A stretch of DNA of 64,000 bases, taken from positions 1 to 64,000 of IMG/VR virus record IMGVR_UViG_3300028374_000002. One strand, given 5' to 3'. Source of the stretch: a virus (taxonomy: Duplodnaviria; Caudoviricetes). Below, one piece after another: positions 1-9,979 of the stretch; position 1 is the stretch's first letter; every line of letters starts with the position of its first letter. The notes beneath the pieces are model-generated. The model searched no databases, was not told the DNA's origin, and saw only the letters and a program-made list of their open reading frames with translations. The translations under genes and the position numbers were made by a program.

Positions 1-828
1 TTCTTCTAAGTCAGGCATTTCTAAATCGTTATCCCTTATGAAAGTTTCTAATCTATCTAGCATAACAGTATCTCTATTTCTAACTATTTCATAGTCTACA
101 AAGTCTTCTATGAGAAAACTATCAGCAGTTTCGATAAAAGTATATAGTAAGTGATATACTGGATTACTATTTAAGTGTATGTTCCCATTTACTTCTGATA
201 AGTATTCTAAATCCTTTAGTTTATTAAATCTATAATCAAAATTACCACCTACTGTTTTTGGACAACCCTTTAGTGATTTTAACTCATTCCCCGAACATTT
301 GAAGTCACCATCTACTGTTTGTGGACTACCTTCTAATGTTTCTAATTTATTTTCAAAGCAATAGAAATCATGATTTATTGTTTGTGGACAACCTTTTAGT
401 GTCTCTAATTTATTAAAAGAACAACTAAAATACCCACCTACTATACTTGGACCACCTTCTAGTGTTTGTAAATAATTGGTGCTACAATCAAAATTACCAC
501 CTACTGTTTGCGGACAACCTTCTAGTGATTTTAAGCCATTTCCAGGGCAATCAAAATCACCACTTACTCTTTGTGGACAACCTTCTAATGTCTCTAATTG
601 ATTCCCTGGACAACCAAAATAACCACTCACATAATTAAATTTAAGAGGTAAATATTCTAATCTTCTATAAGCTAGATTAACATTACCATCAATATCAATA
701 CTTAAATCATCGTTTATGGTATAATTTTCTATTTCATACCTATTACACACTTCTATAACTTCCTCTCTTGTAGTTGGGAAGTTAGGACTTGTACTTTCGA
801 ATATCTTATAAGGTTTTATGTGTTTCAT
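1..828 (-). CDS. LRR paralogue, 6 internal 21-aa repeats, 3' end runs off the window
   Basis: Not in ORF track. My translation from ATG at 828 gives MKHIKPYKIFESTSPNFPTT... and stays open for 276 codons to ...DLEMPDLEE. Confidence 0.9.
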   Translation of the reverse strand, partial: MKHIKPYKIFESTSPNFPTTREEVIEVCNRYEIENYTINDDLSIDIDGNVNLAYRRLEYLPLKFNYVSGYFGCPGNQLETLEGCPQRVSGDFDCPGNGLKSLEGCPQTVGGNFDCSTNYLQTLEGGPSIVGGYFSCSFNKLETLKGCPQTINHDFYCFENKLETLEGSPQTVDGDFKCSGNELKSLKGCPKTVGGNFDYRFNKLKDLEYLSEVNGNIHLNSNPVYHLLYTFIETADSFLIEDFVDYEIVRNRDTVMLDRLETFIRDNDLEMPDLEE

Positions 829-830
829 GT

Positions 831-1499
831 TTATTCTATTATTTTATAGTGTTTTTTAATATCTTCTAGGTCAGGCATTTCTAAATCGTTATCTCTTATA
901 AAGGTTTGAAGTCTGTCTAGCATAACAGTATCTCTGTTTCTAACTATTTCATAGTCTATAAAATCTTCTATCATAAAGCTATCAGCTTTTTTGATAAAGG
1001 TGTATACTAATAAATTTACTAAATTTCCCCTCATATATACATTACCATTTACTTCTGGGAAGTATTCTAAGTCCTTTAATTTATTATCAGTACAATAAAA
1101 ATAACCACCTACTGTTTGTAGACCACCTTCTAATGTCTTTAGTAAATTACTATGACAATTAAAATTACCATTTACTGTTTGTGGACAATCTTCTAATGTT
1201 TCTAGTTTGTTATTATTACAATAAAAATTCCCATTTACTGTTTGTGGACCACCTTCTAATGTTTTCAATCTATTATTAGAACAACTAAAACCACCACCTA
1301 CGTAGTTAAATTTAAGTGGTAGATATTCTAAGCCATTACTAGTTAAGTTAACATTACCATCAACATCAATACTTAAATCGTCACTAATAGTGTAGTTTTT
1401 TATATCATACCTTTTACACACTTGTATAACTTCCTCTCTTGTAGTTGGGAAGTTAGGACTATTGCTCTCGAATATCTTATAAGGTTTTATGTGTTTCAT
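831..1499 (-). CDS. LRR paralogue, 3 internal repeats
   Basis: LxTLEGxPQTVxGxFxCxxN repeats; 222 aa, exactly one 21-aa repeat shorter than the 243-aa paralogues. Confidence 0.9.
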   Translation of the reverse strand: MKHIKPYKIFESNSPNFPTTREEVIQVCKRYDIKNYTISDDLSIDVDGNVNLTSNGLEYLPLKFNYVGGGFSCSNNRLKTLEGGPQTVNGNFYCNNNKLETLEDCPQTVNGNFNCHSNLLKTLEGGLQTVGGYFYCTDNKLKDLEYFPEVNGNVYMRGNLVNLLVYTFIKKADSFMIEDFIDYEIVRNRDTVMLDRLQTFIRDNDLEMPDLEDIKKHYKIIE

Positions 1500-1501
1500 G
1501 T

Positions 1502-2233
1502 TTATTCTATTATTTTATAGTGTTTTTTAATTTCTTCTAAATCTGGCATTTCTAAATCGTTATCTCTAATAAATGTTTGAAGCCTATCTAACATAACAGT
1601 ATCTCGGTTTCTGACTATTTCATAGTCGTTAAAATCTTCTATCATAAAGCTATCAGCATTTTCAATAAAAGTATACACTAGTAAATATACTGTGTTTTCC
1701 TCTATACCTATAGTTCCATTTACTTCTGGGAAATGTTCTAAGTCTCTTAACTTATTATTATTACACGTAAAATCACCATCTACTGTTTGTGGACCACCTT
1801 CTAATGACGTTAATACATTATGAGAACAATTAAAACCACCATATACTGTTTGTGGACTACCTTCTAATGTCTTTAATTCATTTCTATAACAATTAAAATA
1901 ACCACCTACTGTTTGTGGAGAACCTTTTAATGTTTCTAATTGATTATAATCACATCCAAAGCTACCACCTACTCTTTGTGGACAACCTTCTAATGTCTCT
2001 AATTGATTCTCTGGACAACCAAAATAATCACTCACATAATTAAATTTAAGAGGTAAATATTCTAATCTTCTATAATATAAGTTAACATTACCATCAATAT
2101 CAATACTTAAATCATCGTTTATGGTATAATTTTCTATTTCATACTTTTCACAAACTTGTATAACTTCCTCTCTTGTAGTTGGGAAGTTAGGACTTGTACT
2201 TTCGAATATCTTATAAGGTTTTATATGTTTCAT
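1502..2233 (-). CDS. LRR paralogue, 4 internal repeats; first gene of left array
   Basis: Same architecture; TAATATATA 4 nt upstream of ATG. Confidence 0.9.
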   Translation of the reverse strand: MKHIKPYKIFESTSPNFPTTREEVIQVCEKYEIENYTINDDLSIDIDGNVNLYYRRLEYLPLKFNYVSDYFGCPENQLETLEGCPQRVGGSFGCDYNQLETLKGSPQTVGGYFNCYRNELKTLEGSPQTVYGGFNCSHNVLTSLEGGPQTVDGDFTCNNNKLRDLEHFPEVNGTIGIEENTVYLLVYTFIENADSFMIEDFNDYEIVRNRDTVMLDRLQTFIRDNDLEMPDLEEIKKHYKIIE

Positions 2234-2237
2234 AGAG

Positions 2238-2246
2238 TATATATTA
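2238..2246 (-). promoter_or_regulatory. TAATATATA motif, putative late promoter
   Basis: Exactly 4 nt upstream of an ATG here and at 2273, 21428, 23280, 25870, 35293, 57000(-), 61411; further from the ATG at 3053, 6424, 16316, 31705, 37549(-), 55175(-), 55209. Confidence 0.65.
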
Positions 2247-2285
2247 TTTAGCCATACTTCAATTTCAATTCTTAATATATACAGT

Positions 2286-2540
2286 ATGAATTATCTTAAA
2301 CTTTTCGAGGATTTTATTGCAAATAACATAGAAGGTAGCTTAATAAAAGTTGATGATGTTATTGAGTGTATTAATAAAAATGGTTTATTATATGCAGAAA
2401 CTATAAATGATTACCCACAACACAACCCAGATGAGGGTTTGAAAGTGTTAGACGTAGATAACGAAGGACTTGTAACAGTAGAAATTGATTCACAAGCACA
2501 TGAAGTATATTTGGATAATATTATAAGACTAGAATTTTAA
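2286..2540 (+). CDS. Hypothetical protein with CTS-like leader (MNYLKLFEDF)
   Basis: ORF with TAATATATA 4 nt upstream. Confidence 0.75.
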   Translation: MNYLKLFEDFIANNIEGSLIKVDDVIECINKNGLLYAETINDYPQHNPDEGLKVLDVDNEGLVTVEIDSQAHEVYLDNIIRLEF

Positions 2541-2983
2541 CTAAGCAATTTCTTTATTAGAACTTGTCTTCTTAAACTTTTCATATAACTATTAATCTCA
2601 GAACCTCTATTTATTTCTTCATAAGAATATTTATCTTGTAAATACTCTTTGACTTCTTGGTAAAAATTTGGTCTTTTATCTTTTGACAGTACTAAAATTA
2701 GAATTTTATTTTGATTAACACAATAATCTATAAGCTCCACTATATTACCAAACTCATATATATCAGTATTAAAGTTTATTACTAAGTTTTGTTTAATCTT
2801 AGTCATATCAAACTTCTCTAGTCTATTAAAGCCAAATTTGTTTTTAATAGTAAAATCTTTACCTATGCTTTTTTCGGCACTTCTATATAGTAACAAAGAT
2901 GAATCTAGATTATTAGTAAAGTTGAAGATTTGAACTATTGTTCTTAAATCAAAAAAATTATGTAAATTTAACATATATACCAT
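2537..2983 (-). CDS. Hypothetical protein with C-terminal RxxxIxxLL tail
   Basis: Ends LRRQVLIKKLLS; TATATTTG at 3000-3007. Confidence 0.75.
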   Translation of the reverse strand: MVYMLNLHNFFDLRTIVQIFNFTNNLDSSLLLYRSAEKSIGKDFTIKNKFGFNRLEKFDMTKIKQNLVINFNTDIYEFGNIVELIDYCVNQNKILILVLSKDKRPNFYQEVKEYLQDKYSYEEINRGSEINSYMKSLRRQVLIKKLLS

Positions 2984-3103
2984 AATAAATAATTTATAAC
3001 AAATATACTATTTATTTTTCGACTTTAGAAACTATTGTACCAATTAGTTATATAATATATACAAAGGCTAGGCGGAACAGTTCTTATAAAAACAAAAACA
3101 TAT

Positions 3104-4846
3104 ATGATTATTACAAAAAATGTAGAAATGAAATTAGGTATAAGAAATGCTACTAGGATAATTAGCATGTATGACCTAGACAGTAATTTAAAGCCTGGTG
3201 ATACTGCACTAATACCAGTTAATTTATTATCAAAGTCATCAAATTATAAGATAAAAGTAAGTTGTGATTATTGTGGATTAGAATTATATGTTCCTTATAA
3301 AAGGTATAATAAAAGTACTAGTACTATAAGTAAGTATTCTTGCTCTTCAAAGCAATGCTCTAACCAAAAGATAAAAGAAGTTTGCCAAGCTAAGTATGGT
3401 GTAGATAACCCATTTCAATCAGATGTTATTAAAGATAAGATAAAAAAAACACTAAATGAAAAATATGGAAAAGACCACCCAATGTATGTAGATAAAATAA
3501 AATCTAAGATAAAGGATACATGCTTGAAAAGATATGGTGTTAGTAGCTATACCAAAACTAAAGAATATAAAGAGAAAACTATTAAAACTAATCTAGAAAA
3601 GTATGGTGTTAACTGGCCATTACAAAGTGAAGAAGTAAAAAATAAGGGAATAAAGACTAGTTTGGAAAAGTATGGTGTTAAATATTCACAACAATCATAT
3701 CTTATAAGACAAAAAACAATTAGAACTAATCTAGAAAAGTATGGTGTTAAGTGTAATTTACAATCAGATGATTCTAAAGCCAAGATAAAAAAGACTATTT
3801 TGGAAAAGTATGGCGTTGACAATATAATGGAGAATGATGTGTTTAGAGAAAAATTTAATATAACAAAAGATAATTCATATGTTAGTTATTTATCTGATAA
3901 AATGTCTAGATTTAAATGTGAGAAGGGTCACTATTTTGAAATAAGTTCAGATAATTATATTTCAAGACGAAAGAATAATGTAGATTTATGTACTGTTTGT
4001 AATAGTATAGGAGATTCTAAATCCTTAAAAGAAGAAGAGTTATATAATTTTATAAAAAGTATATATAACGGCAAAGTTGAGCAATCATATAGAGATGGTC
4101 TTGAGATAGATATTTACTTACCAACGCTAAATATAGGATTTGAGTTCAATGGTCTTTATTGGCACTCGGAATCCTACAAAGGAAAGGACTATCATTTAGA
4201 TAAGACTGAACATTTTAAAAATAGAAGAATAAAAATAATACACATTTGGGAAGATGATTGGGTAAATAAGACAGATATCATAAAAAGTCAAATAAATAAT
4301 TGGATTGGGTTAACAAGTAAAAAAATATACGGTAGGAAGTGTTTAGTTAGAGAAATAAGTGATAGCAAAGTAGTTACAAAGTTTTTAGATGAAAATCATA
4401 TACAAGGTAAGGTTAGAAGCAGTTTAAAGCTAGGTTTATATCATATGGATGAATTAGTATCAGTTATGACCTTTAGCCACAATGAAGGACGTAAGAAGAT
4501 GCCTAATAGTGAGTGGAACTTATCTAGGTTCTGTAATAAGTTAGATACAAGTGTTATTGGTGGTGCATCTAAATTATTAAAATATTTTCAAAGAAGTTTT
4601 AAACCAACTAGGATAATTAGTTATGCTGATAAAGATTGGTCAACTGGTGATTTATATTATAATCTAGGCTTTAAACTATCAAACATATCTAGACCAGACT
4701 ATAAATATATCATTAATAATAGAAGAGTTCATAAGTCTAGATTTAGAAAGAATAACCTAAATACTGAATTGTCAGAAAGTCAATATATGAAAAAATCCCA
4801 TATTTTGAAAATATGGGATTGTGGAAAAATTAAGTTTGAGATTTAA
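3104..4846 (+). CDS. Hef-like free-standing homing endonuclease
   Basis: N-terminal CDYC Zn ribbon, KTNLEKYGV repeats, PD-(D/E)xK core (EIDIYLP..IGFEFNGLYWHS..HIWEDDW), C-terminal GNAT/Mom-like segment (GGASKLLKYF..SYAD). Confidence 0.75.
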   Translation: MIITKNVEMKLGIRNATRIISMYDLDSNLKPGDTALIPVNLLSKSSNYKIKVSCDYCGLELYVPYKRYNKSTSTISKYSCSSKQCSNQKIKEVCQAKYGVDNPFQSDVIKDKIKKTLNEKYGKDHPMYVDKIKSKIKDTCLKRYGVSSYTKTKEYKEKTIKTNLEKYGVNWPLQSEEVKNKGIKTSLEKYGVKYSQQSYLIRQKTIRTNLEKYGVKCNLQSDDSKAKIKKTILEKYGVDNIMENDVFREKFNITKDNSYVSYLSDKMSRFKCEKGHYFEISSDNYISRRKNNVDLCTVCNSIGDSKSLKEEELYNFIKSIYNGKVEQSYRDGLEIDIYLPTLNIGFEFNGLYWHSESYKGKDYHLDKTEHFKNRRIKIIHIWEDDWVNKTDIIKSQINNWIGLTSKKIYGRKCLVREISDSKVVTKFLDENHIQGKVRSSLKLGLYHMDELVSVMTFSHNEGRKKMPNSEWNLSRFCNKLDTSVIGGASKLLKYFQRSFKPTRIISYADKDWSTGDLYYNLGFKLSNISRPDYKYIINNRRVHKSRFRKNNLNTELSESQYMKKSHILKIWDCGKIKFEI

Positions 4847-6306
4847 TCATGATTTGGATCAATAATTATTTGCTTAACCTTACTATTACTACTTGTAATA
4901 GGAACTTCAACACCAACTGATATCATCAGAATCCTACCTCTTATTTTTGATAGGTCAAGGCTATCACAGTAACCATCGGTTAATACAACTGTATTGTATT
5001 GATTGAATTCATTTACTACATAATCGATTGCTGGTTGTAGCATTGTACCACCTAAACCCTTGATACATATTGTTTCCAATGCTTTTTTGCTTTTTATATT
5101 CTTGACCCATTTTACTTCGGTATCTGCCTCAATCAAATTAACCTCAATATCATTTCTATATATGAAAGATAAGACCTTTTCAAATGTACCACCCATAGAA
5201 CCAGAGGTATCTAGTATACAATTAATTTTAGAACTTACTTTTTTATGACCTTTCAAGCCCTTGATACCTCTTCTATTAGCACGTGTAATAGTCTTTTGTT
5301 TGTTAGTACCAAATATAACATTAGAAATAGATCTTTTTATCTCTCTAAGATAATCCTTTCTTTTCTTACGAAGCTTTCCAAGTGTTTGTTCAATATCACC
5401 ACCTGATAATCCACGAGCTGCTAATCTGTCCATAACATCTTTGACCATTCCCTCTCTCATTTCTTGGGGAACTTCATCTTCAATATGTTTATCTAAGTAC
5501 TCTCCATCACCATTCTCCATATCTTGGAAAATTTGTTCTTTAGACCATGTATCAACAGTACTTCCACTTGAAGAATTTTTACCATAAGGTCCATAAGAAG
5601 GCTTACCTTTAGAATCTTTCCCCTCACCATTACTGTTTCCACTACCTTCACAGTCTGGACAGTCATCTGATTCACTCTTGCCTTCACCATCACCACTTTG
5701 TGGATCACCATCTTTGCCTTCTTCTTCACTCTTATCACCATCACCACTTTCACCACCATCTTCGTCTTTTTTACCAGACCCACCACAAGACTTACACTCT
5801 GATTCTTGTTTCTCTTTCAACCATTTGTCCTTCTCATCTTGCATCCATTCATACAAGTGTTCAAAGATTAGTTCACCATCATATTCTTTAGGTACAAAAA
5901 GTGCCATGTTCTTACCATCACTAGATTTTGGTATCTCAACAAAAGAGTGAGATATATCATCCCATATAATATGGTTGATAATCATATCTTGTACAATATT
6001 CGATAACTTGTGATCAAAATTCCCAGTAACTGTTCTTTTTGGGTGATCAAATAGTAAGTGAAAATCCTCATGGAGAATAATAAAGTTCACTTCTTTTTGT
6101 GACATATCTTGTAGAAACTTAGGAGAGTAGAAAAAATTCATTCCTCTAGATGTTACATTAACTGCACATGTTCCTATTGAATCACGCTCTGTGAAATTGA
6201 CTTGAAGGTTAAACTCACCGTAGTATGGGAGGTTAACCTTCGTGTCGATTAACATTGTTTGCACTCCGTCTACAATTTTTTCGTGAATGTTTTTGTTGAA
6301 TATCAT
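4843..6306 (-). CDS. DUF2201-type putative metallopeptidase with C-terminal vWA domain
   Basis: HEDFH (HExxH), acidic Gly/Ser linker with CxxCxGxG motifs, MIDAS-like ILDTSGSMGG..GGT..LTDG. Confidence 0.85.
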   Translation of the reverse strand: MIFNKNIHEKIVDGVQTMLIDTKVNLPYYGEFNLQVNFTERDSIGTCAVNVTSRGMNFFYSPKFLQDMSQKEVNFIILHEDFHLLFDHPKRTVTGNFDHKLSNIVQDMIINHIIWDDISHSFVEIPKSSDGKNMALFVPKEYDGELIFEHLYEWMQDEKDKWLKEKQESECKSCGGSGKKDEDGGESGDGDKSEEEGKDGDPQSGDGEGKSESDDCPDCEGSGNSNGEGKDSKGKPSYGPYGKNSSSGSTVDTWSKEQIFQDMENGDGEYLDKHIEDEVPQEMREGMVKDVMDRLAARGLSGGDIEQTLGKLRKKRKDYLREIKRSISNVIFGTNKQKTITRANRRGIKGLKGHKKVSSKINCILDTSGSMGGTFEKVLSFIYRNDIEVNLIEADTEVKWVKNIKSKKALETICIKGLGGTMLQPAIDYVVNEFNQYNTVVLTDGYCDSLDLSKIRGRILMISVGVEVPITSSNSKVKQIIIDPNHD

Positions 6307-6329
6307 ATTTTGGATTTTTTATTACAATA

Positions 6330-6359
6330 CAAATGTAAGGCTTTTTATTAGAATACAAA
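6330..6359 (-). promoter_or_regulatory. Bacteroidota sigma70-type promoter
   Basis: TTTG-N18-TACATTTG on the minus strand, 24 nt upstream of the ATG at 6306. Confidence 0.7.
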
Positions 6360-6390
6360 TGCCTTTCTCTGTAAAATATATATTTATTTC

Positions 6391-6416
6391 AAAACCTACC
6401 AAACTATGGTGGGTTT
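6391..6416. terminator. Possible intrinsic terminator hairpin
   Basis: aaacctacca / tggtgggttt stem with a G-U pair. Confidence 0.4.
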
Positions 6417-6457
6417 ATTGATATAATATATATATTAATGAATGTACCACACATATT

Positions 6458-8074
6458 ATGCTATTAGATAAATATATCGAAGTAAAGATTTCTAAGAAGA
6501 ATATAGAACACTTTTCAAAGTATTATAAAAATATATCTATCAAAGATGTATTAAGGATAAGGACTGATGAACTCCAGAGTGGTTCTAATAAGAGGATTAA
6601 AGTTAAATGTGATAATTGTTATATTGAAAACTTTATAAAATACCAGTCTTATTTTAAGAACATAACTTCATCTGAAAAACATCCAATATACACATGTGTT
6701 AAGTGTTCTCATATTAAAATAAAGTCTACTAACATGGATAAGTATGGTGTTGAATATTATTCTAAAACTGATGAGTATAATGCTAGGTTTAGAAAAACTA
6801 TGAAACAAAGGTATAGTGTGGAATACCCAACACAATCTAAAGAAATTTTAAATAAAATTAAAAATACTAACTTACAAAGATATGGTGTTGATAACATATT
6901 TAAAGATAATTCTTATATAAAAGATAAATTCATAGAAAAGTACGGTGTTGACCATCCTAGTAAAGTAAAAGAAATATATGATAGGGTGAAAGAAAGTAAT
7001 TTAAGGTCAACAGGATATGAATCCCCATTATCATCACCAGAAATAAGGGAGCGAATCAAAGAAACAAATAAGAGACTTTATGGTTCTAATACACCAAGTC
7101 AGTCTAATAGTGATAAAGGCATATCCTTGATGTCTTGTAAGAAGAATCATATATATGAGATAAGTTCGTCAAATTATCATAGTAGAAAACGTGATTGTGT
7201 ACCATTGTGTACTGTATGTAATCCTATCAGTTCTACATCTTCTATAAAGGAAAAGGAATTATATGAGTTCATATCTAGTATGTATAATGGTAGTATTATA
7301 AGGTCATTCAAAGATAAAAGAATAGAGATAGATGTATACATACCAGAATTAAAAATAGGCTTTGAATTTAATGGTCTATATTGGCATTCCGAAGAATATA
7401 AAGATAGAGATTATCATATTAAAAAAACAGAGTATTTTAAGGATAAGGGAATAAGGATTATACACATTTGGGAAGATGATTGGGTAAATAAGACAGATAT
7501 CATAAAAAGTCAAGTAAAAAATTGGCTAGGTTTAACAACACATAAGATATATGCCAGAAAATATATTATTAAGGAGGTTAGTGATATAAAAATTATCAGA
7601 AAGTTTCTTGATGAAAACCACATACAAGGCTTTGTAACATCAAGTAAGAAAATAGGATTATATTATGATGATGTGTTAGTATCTATTATGGTTTTTGACC
7701 ATAGAGAAGGTAGGGATAAAATGAATGATAACCAGTGGAACTTGTCTAGGTTTTGTAATAATAAGAATACTGTAGTCATTGGTGGTGCTTCTAGGCTTCT
7801 TAAATATTTTATGAAGTCTTATAGTCCTGTTAGAATTATAAGCTATGCTGATAGAGACTGGTCAGAGGGCAATGTGTACTATAATTTGGGGTTTGATATG
7901 GTAAAATCTAGTAAACCAGATTATAAATATATTGTCAATAGTAAAAGAGTGCATAAGTCAAGATATAAAAAATCTAATTTAGAAACAAATCTGACTGAGA
8001 ATGATTATATGAAAGCTAATAGTTACAAGAAAATATGGGACTGTGGGAAGATTAAGTTTGAAATTATTATATAG
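6458..8074 (+). CDS. Hef-like homing endonuclease paralogue
   Basis: Same domain order and motifs as 3104..4846. Confidence 0.75.
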   Translation: MLLDKYIEVKISKKNIEHFSKYYKNISIKDVLRIRTDELQSGSNKRIKVKCDNCYIENFIKYQSYFKNITSSEKHPIYTCVKCSHIKIKSTNMDKYGVEYYSKTDEYNARFRKTMKQRYSVEYPTQSKEILNKIKNTNLQRYGVDNIFKDNSYIKDKFIEKYGVDHPSKVKEIYDRVKESNLRSTGYESPLSSPEIRERIKETNKRLYGSNTPSQSNSDKGISLMSCKKNHIYEISSSNYHSRKRDCVPLCTVCNPISSTSSIKEKELYEFISSMYNGSIIRSFKDKRIEIDVYIPELKIGFEFNGLYWHSEEYKDRDYHIKKTEYFKDKGIRIIHIWEDDWVNKTDIIKSQVKNWLGLTTHKIYARKYIIKEVSDIKIIRKFLDENHIQGFVTSSKKIGLYYDDVLVSIMVFDHREGRDKMNDNQWNLSRFCNNKNTVVIGGASRLLKYFMKSYSPVRIISYADRDWSEGNVYYNLGFDMVKSSKPDYKYIVNSKRVHKSRYKKSNLETNLTENDYMKANSYKKIWDCGKIKFEIII

Positions 8075-8083
8075 AGTACTTAT

Positions 8084-8269
8084 TTATTTTAATAATTCTT
8101 TTAATCTTTCTGCTCTTAGTTCTTTTTTTATTCTCATTTTTTCAGCTTCAATATCTTCTATTGAAGGCTGAAACATACTAGTCATATTAATGACATTGGA
8201 AACATCCCATTTTGAGATATCAGCATTAGAACTAGTGCAACCTTTAAACCGATTATTTATATTACTCAT
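8084..8269 (-). CDS. Small protein: one DUF285-like repeat plus RxxRLxxLL tail
   Basis: DISKWDVSNVINMTSMF followed by ELRAERLKELLK. Confidence 0.6.
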   Translation of the reverse strand: MSNINNRFKGCTSSNADISKWDVSNVINMTSMFQPSIEDIEAEKMRIKKELRAERLKELLK

Positions 8270-8311
8270 GTCTATTATACTCTATCCATAGCTATAAGTT
8301 GTTATTATATT

Positions 8312-8351
8312 AAGAAAAAAATCCTCTAGTAATATAGAGGATTTTTTTCTT
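8312..8351. terminator. Intrinsic terminator
   Basis: Perfect 16-bp inverted repeat aagaaaaaaatcctct / agaggatttttttctt, 8-nt loop. Confidence 0.85.
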
Positions 8352-8362
8352 AATATAAGAAT

Positions 8363-9526
8363 TTATTTTTCTGAATTATAAGAATTAGATCCAGACAATT
8401 CATCAAATTTTTCATCTTGAACAAAACCTGTTCTAATCATTTTGTCTACTAGTTGATGCCAGTTTAAATCTCCTTGATATTTTATCTTATTTTTATCTAA
8501 GACAGAAATCTTACCTTTGTAATCTATTGAATTAATAGATTCTAGTGATTCTGTATCTAATTGAAATTCCTTGTTTGATATGTCATCTGACTTAGCAATG
8601 CTTATTTCAAAATATCCCTCTGTTAATTGTTCAAACAAGACCTCTTTTTTAAGATTTATAAGATCAGCTATTTTATCAGCAATTTCTCTATTAGCTTCGG
8701 TAAGTCCAATGTCAGATTTCTTCTCTTCTGATACAAAAAATACTAAACCATTTGGTTCTTGTTTAATATTCATACTATCTAATCTTTTCTCTAAAACAGA
8801 TAGTCCATCTGTTATCTCATCTATTTTTTTATCAAGAACTTTCTTATCAGAGTTGAATCTATTGATATCACTCACAGATTCACTTATTCTTAATTTTAAT
8901 TCTTCTAGTTTCTCTTTTTTGGAACTTTCGAATGATTCTTTAATAAGAGAAGCGTAAGTACTTGTTTCATTACTTTGCTCAATATCTTCCTCAATATCAT
9001 CTACTAAATCTTCTGTAGAGTCTTCACCATCAGTGGTTTCACTATTGAAGTCTTTACTCTCTAATAAAGAAGATAATATAGACTTACTTCTATCGCTCAT
9101 TTCTATTTTTTTATCATCTTCTTCAAATATACTATTGAGCTTGCCCATTGGTGTCTGATGATTAACACCTAGATAACATATAGAACCATCTTCATCTTTA
9201 AACGTGAGGTTATTAACAACATGCTTATGTGAATAGTTAATTACTCCCATATCATCAATCTGGTCAAGAAGCCTTTTAAGCATACCCTTATCAGTTATAT
9301 TAGCATCACCTACTTCTTCGAAATCGACAGTACTATCACTTCTTACAGTTAGCTTTAGGCTAACACCTTCTAACATACCAGATAGGACACCCCCATCAAG
9401 AAATGCGAAATCTCTAAAAAGTCTTACCTTAGAGGTTCTGGAACTAGATAGGAATTTTTCATATTTTCTAGAAGTTTTAAACTCACCAATAACATTTTCT
9501 TCTTTGATATTTTCTACTTTGCTCAT
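8363..9526 (-). CDS. Hypothetical protein with acidic linker and coiled coil
   Basis: 387-aa ORF; TATATTTG at 9554-9561. Confidence 0.8.
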   Translation of the reverse strand: MSKVENIKEENVIGEFKTSRKYEKFLSSSRTSKVRLFRDFAFLDGGVLSGMLEGVSLKLTVRSDSTVDFEEVGDANITDKGMLKRLLDQIDDMGVINYSHKHVVNNLTFKDEDGSICYLGVNHQTPMGKLNSIFEEDDKKIEMSDRSKSILSSLLESKDFNSETTDGEDSTEDLVDDIEEDIEQSNETSTYASLIKESFESSKKEKLEELKLRISESVSDINRFNSDKKVLDKKIDEITDGLSVLEKRLDSMNIKQEPNGLVFFVSEEKKSDIGLTEANREIADKIADLINLKKEVLFEQLTEGYFEISIAKSDDISNKEFQLDTESLESINSIDYKGKISVLDKNKIKYQGDLNWHQLVDKMIRTGFVQDEKFDELSGSNSYNSEK

Positions 9527-9596
9527 ATTTATTTATTTTTGATTAATTGAATACAAATATATGAATTAATAATGATTAAGCTACTGAAATTTTTAA

Positions 9597-9962
9597 TTAT
9601 TCTCCTAATATTCTTAAACGACATTCTCTAATACCTTTCTTGTCGTTTATACCTGGTAATTGTTTCCCATATATATCTCTTACAGATTCAATATCTATAA
9701 GTTCATCTTCTGTTTCAATTATTAGTTCAGTTAAATATTTGTTAGTAGTATTCCCCCCATTTAAAAGTTCGTATATATCAAAAGCTTGTTTTCTAAATGG
9801 TAAACAGTTTGATGATACAAAATTATTGTCGTAGTCATGTTTATCAAATGTCATAAGAAGTAGCAAATGAAGTTCTTTATTAGATAATTGTCTCATTGAC
9901 TTTATTCTATTTCTAGTATGGATTGTTAAGAATATATCCACTAGTAAATTACTTACTAACAT
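9597..9962 (-). CDS. Hypothetical protein with C-terminal tail
   Basis: Ends IRECRLRILGE. Confidence 0.65.
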   Translation of the reverse strand: MLVSNLLVDIFLTIHTRNRIKSMRQLSNKELHLLLLMTFDKHDYDNNFVSSNCLPFRKQAFDIYELLNGGNTTNKYLTELIIETEDELIDIESVRDIYGKQLPGINDKKGIRECRLRILGE

Positions 9963-9979
9963 ATTTTAATTTTTTAGTA

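Larger units (their letters stand above)
1..2233 (-). repeat. Left tandem array of LRR genes (at least 3 units)
   Basis: Paralogous genes with 2-nt spacers and 63-nt internal periodicity. Confidence 0.95.

Noticed and set aside
1-2233. Diversity-generating retroelement behind LRR variation
   Set aside because: No reverse transcriptase or non-coding template repeat in the window, and variable codons include cca, ggg, gga, gaa and tcg, which do not fit AAY-derived mutagenesis. Recombination explains it better. An RT elsewhere in the genome is not excluded.
5060-5950. Antisense ORFs such as 5678..5950, and similar ones at 8571, 15211, 33114, 44435, 57412
   Set aside because: They lie opposite well-supported genes and have Ser/Leu/Phe-rich shadow composition with no motifs.
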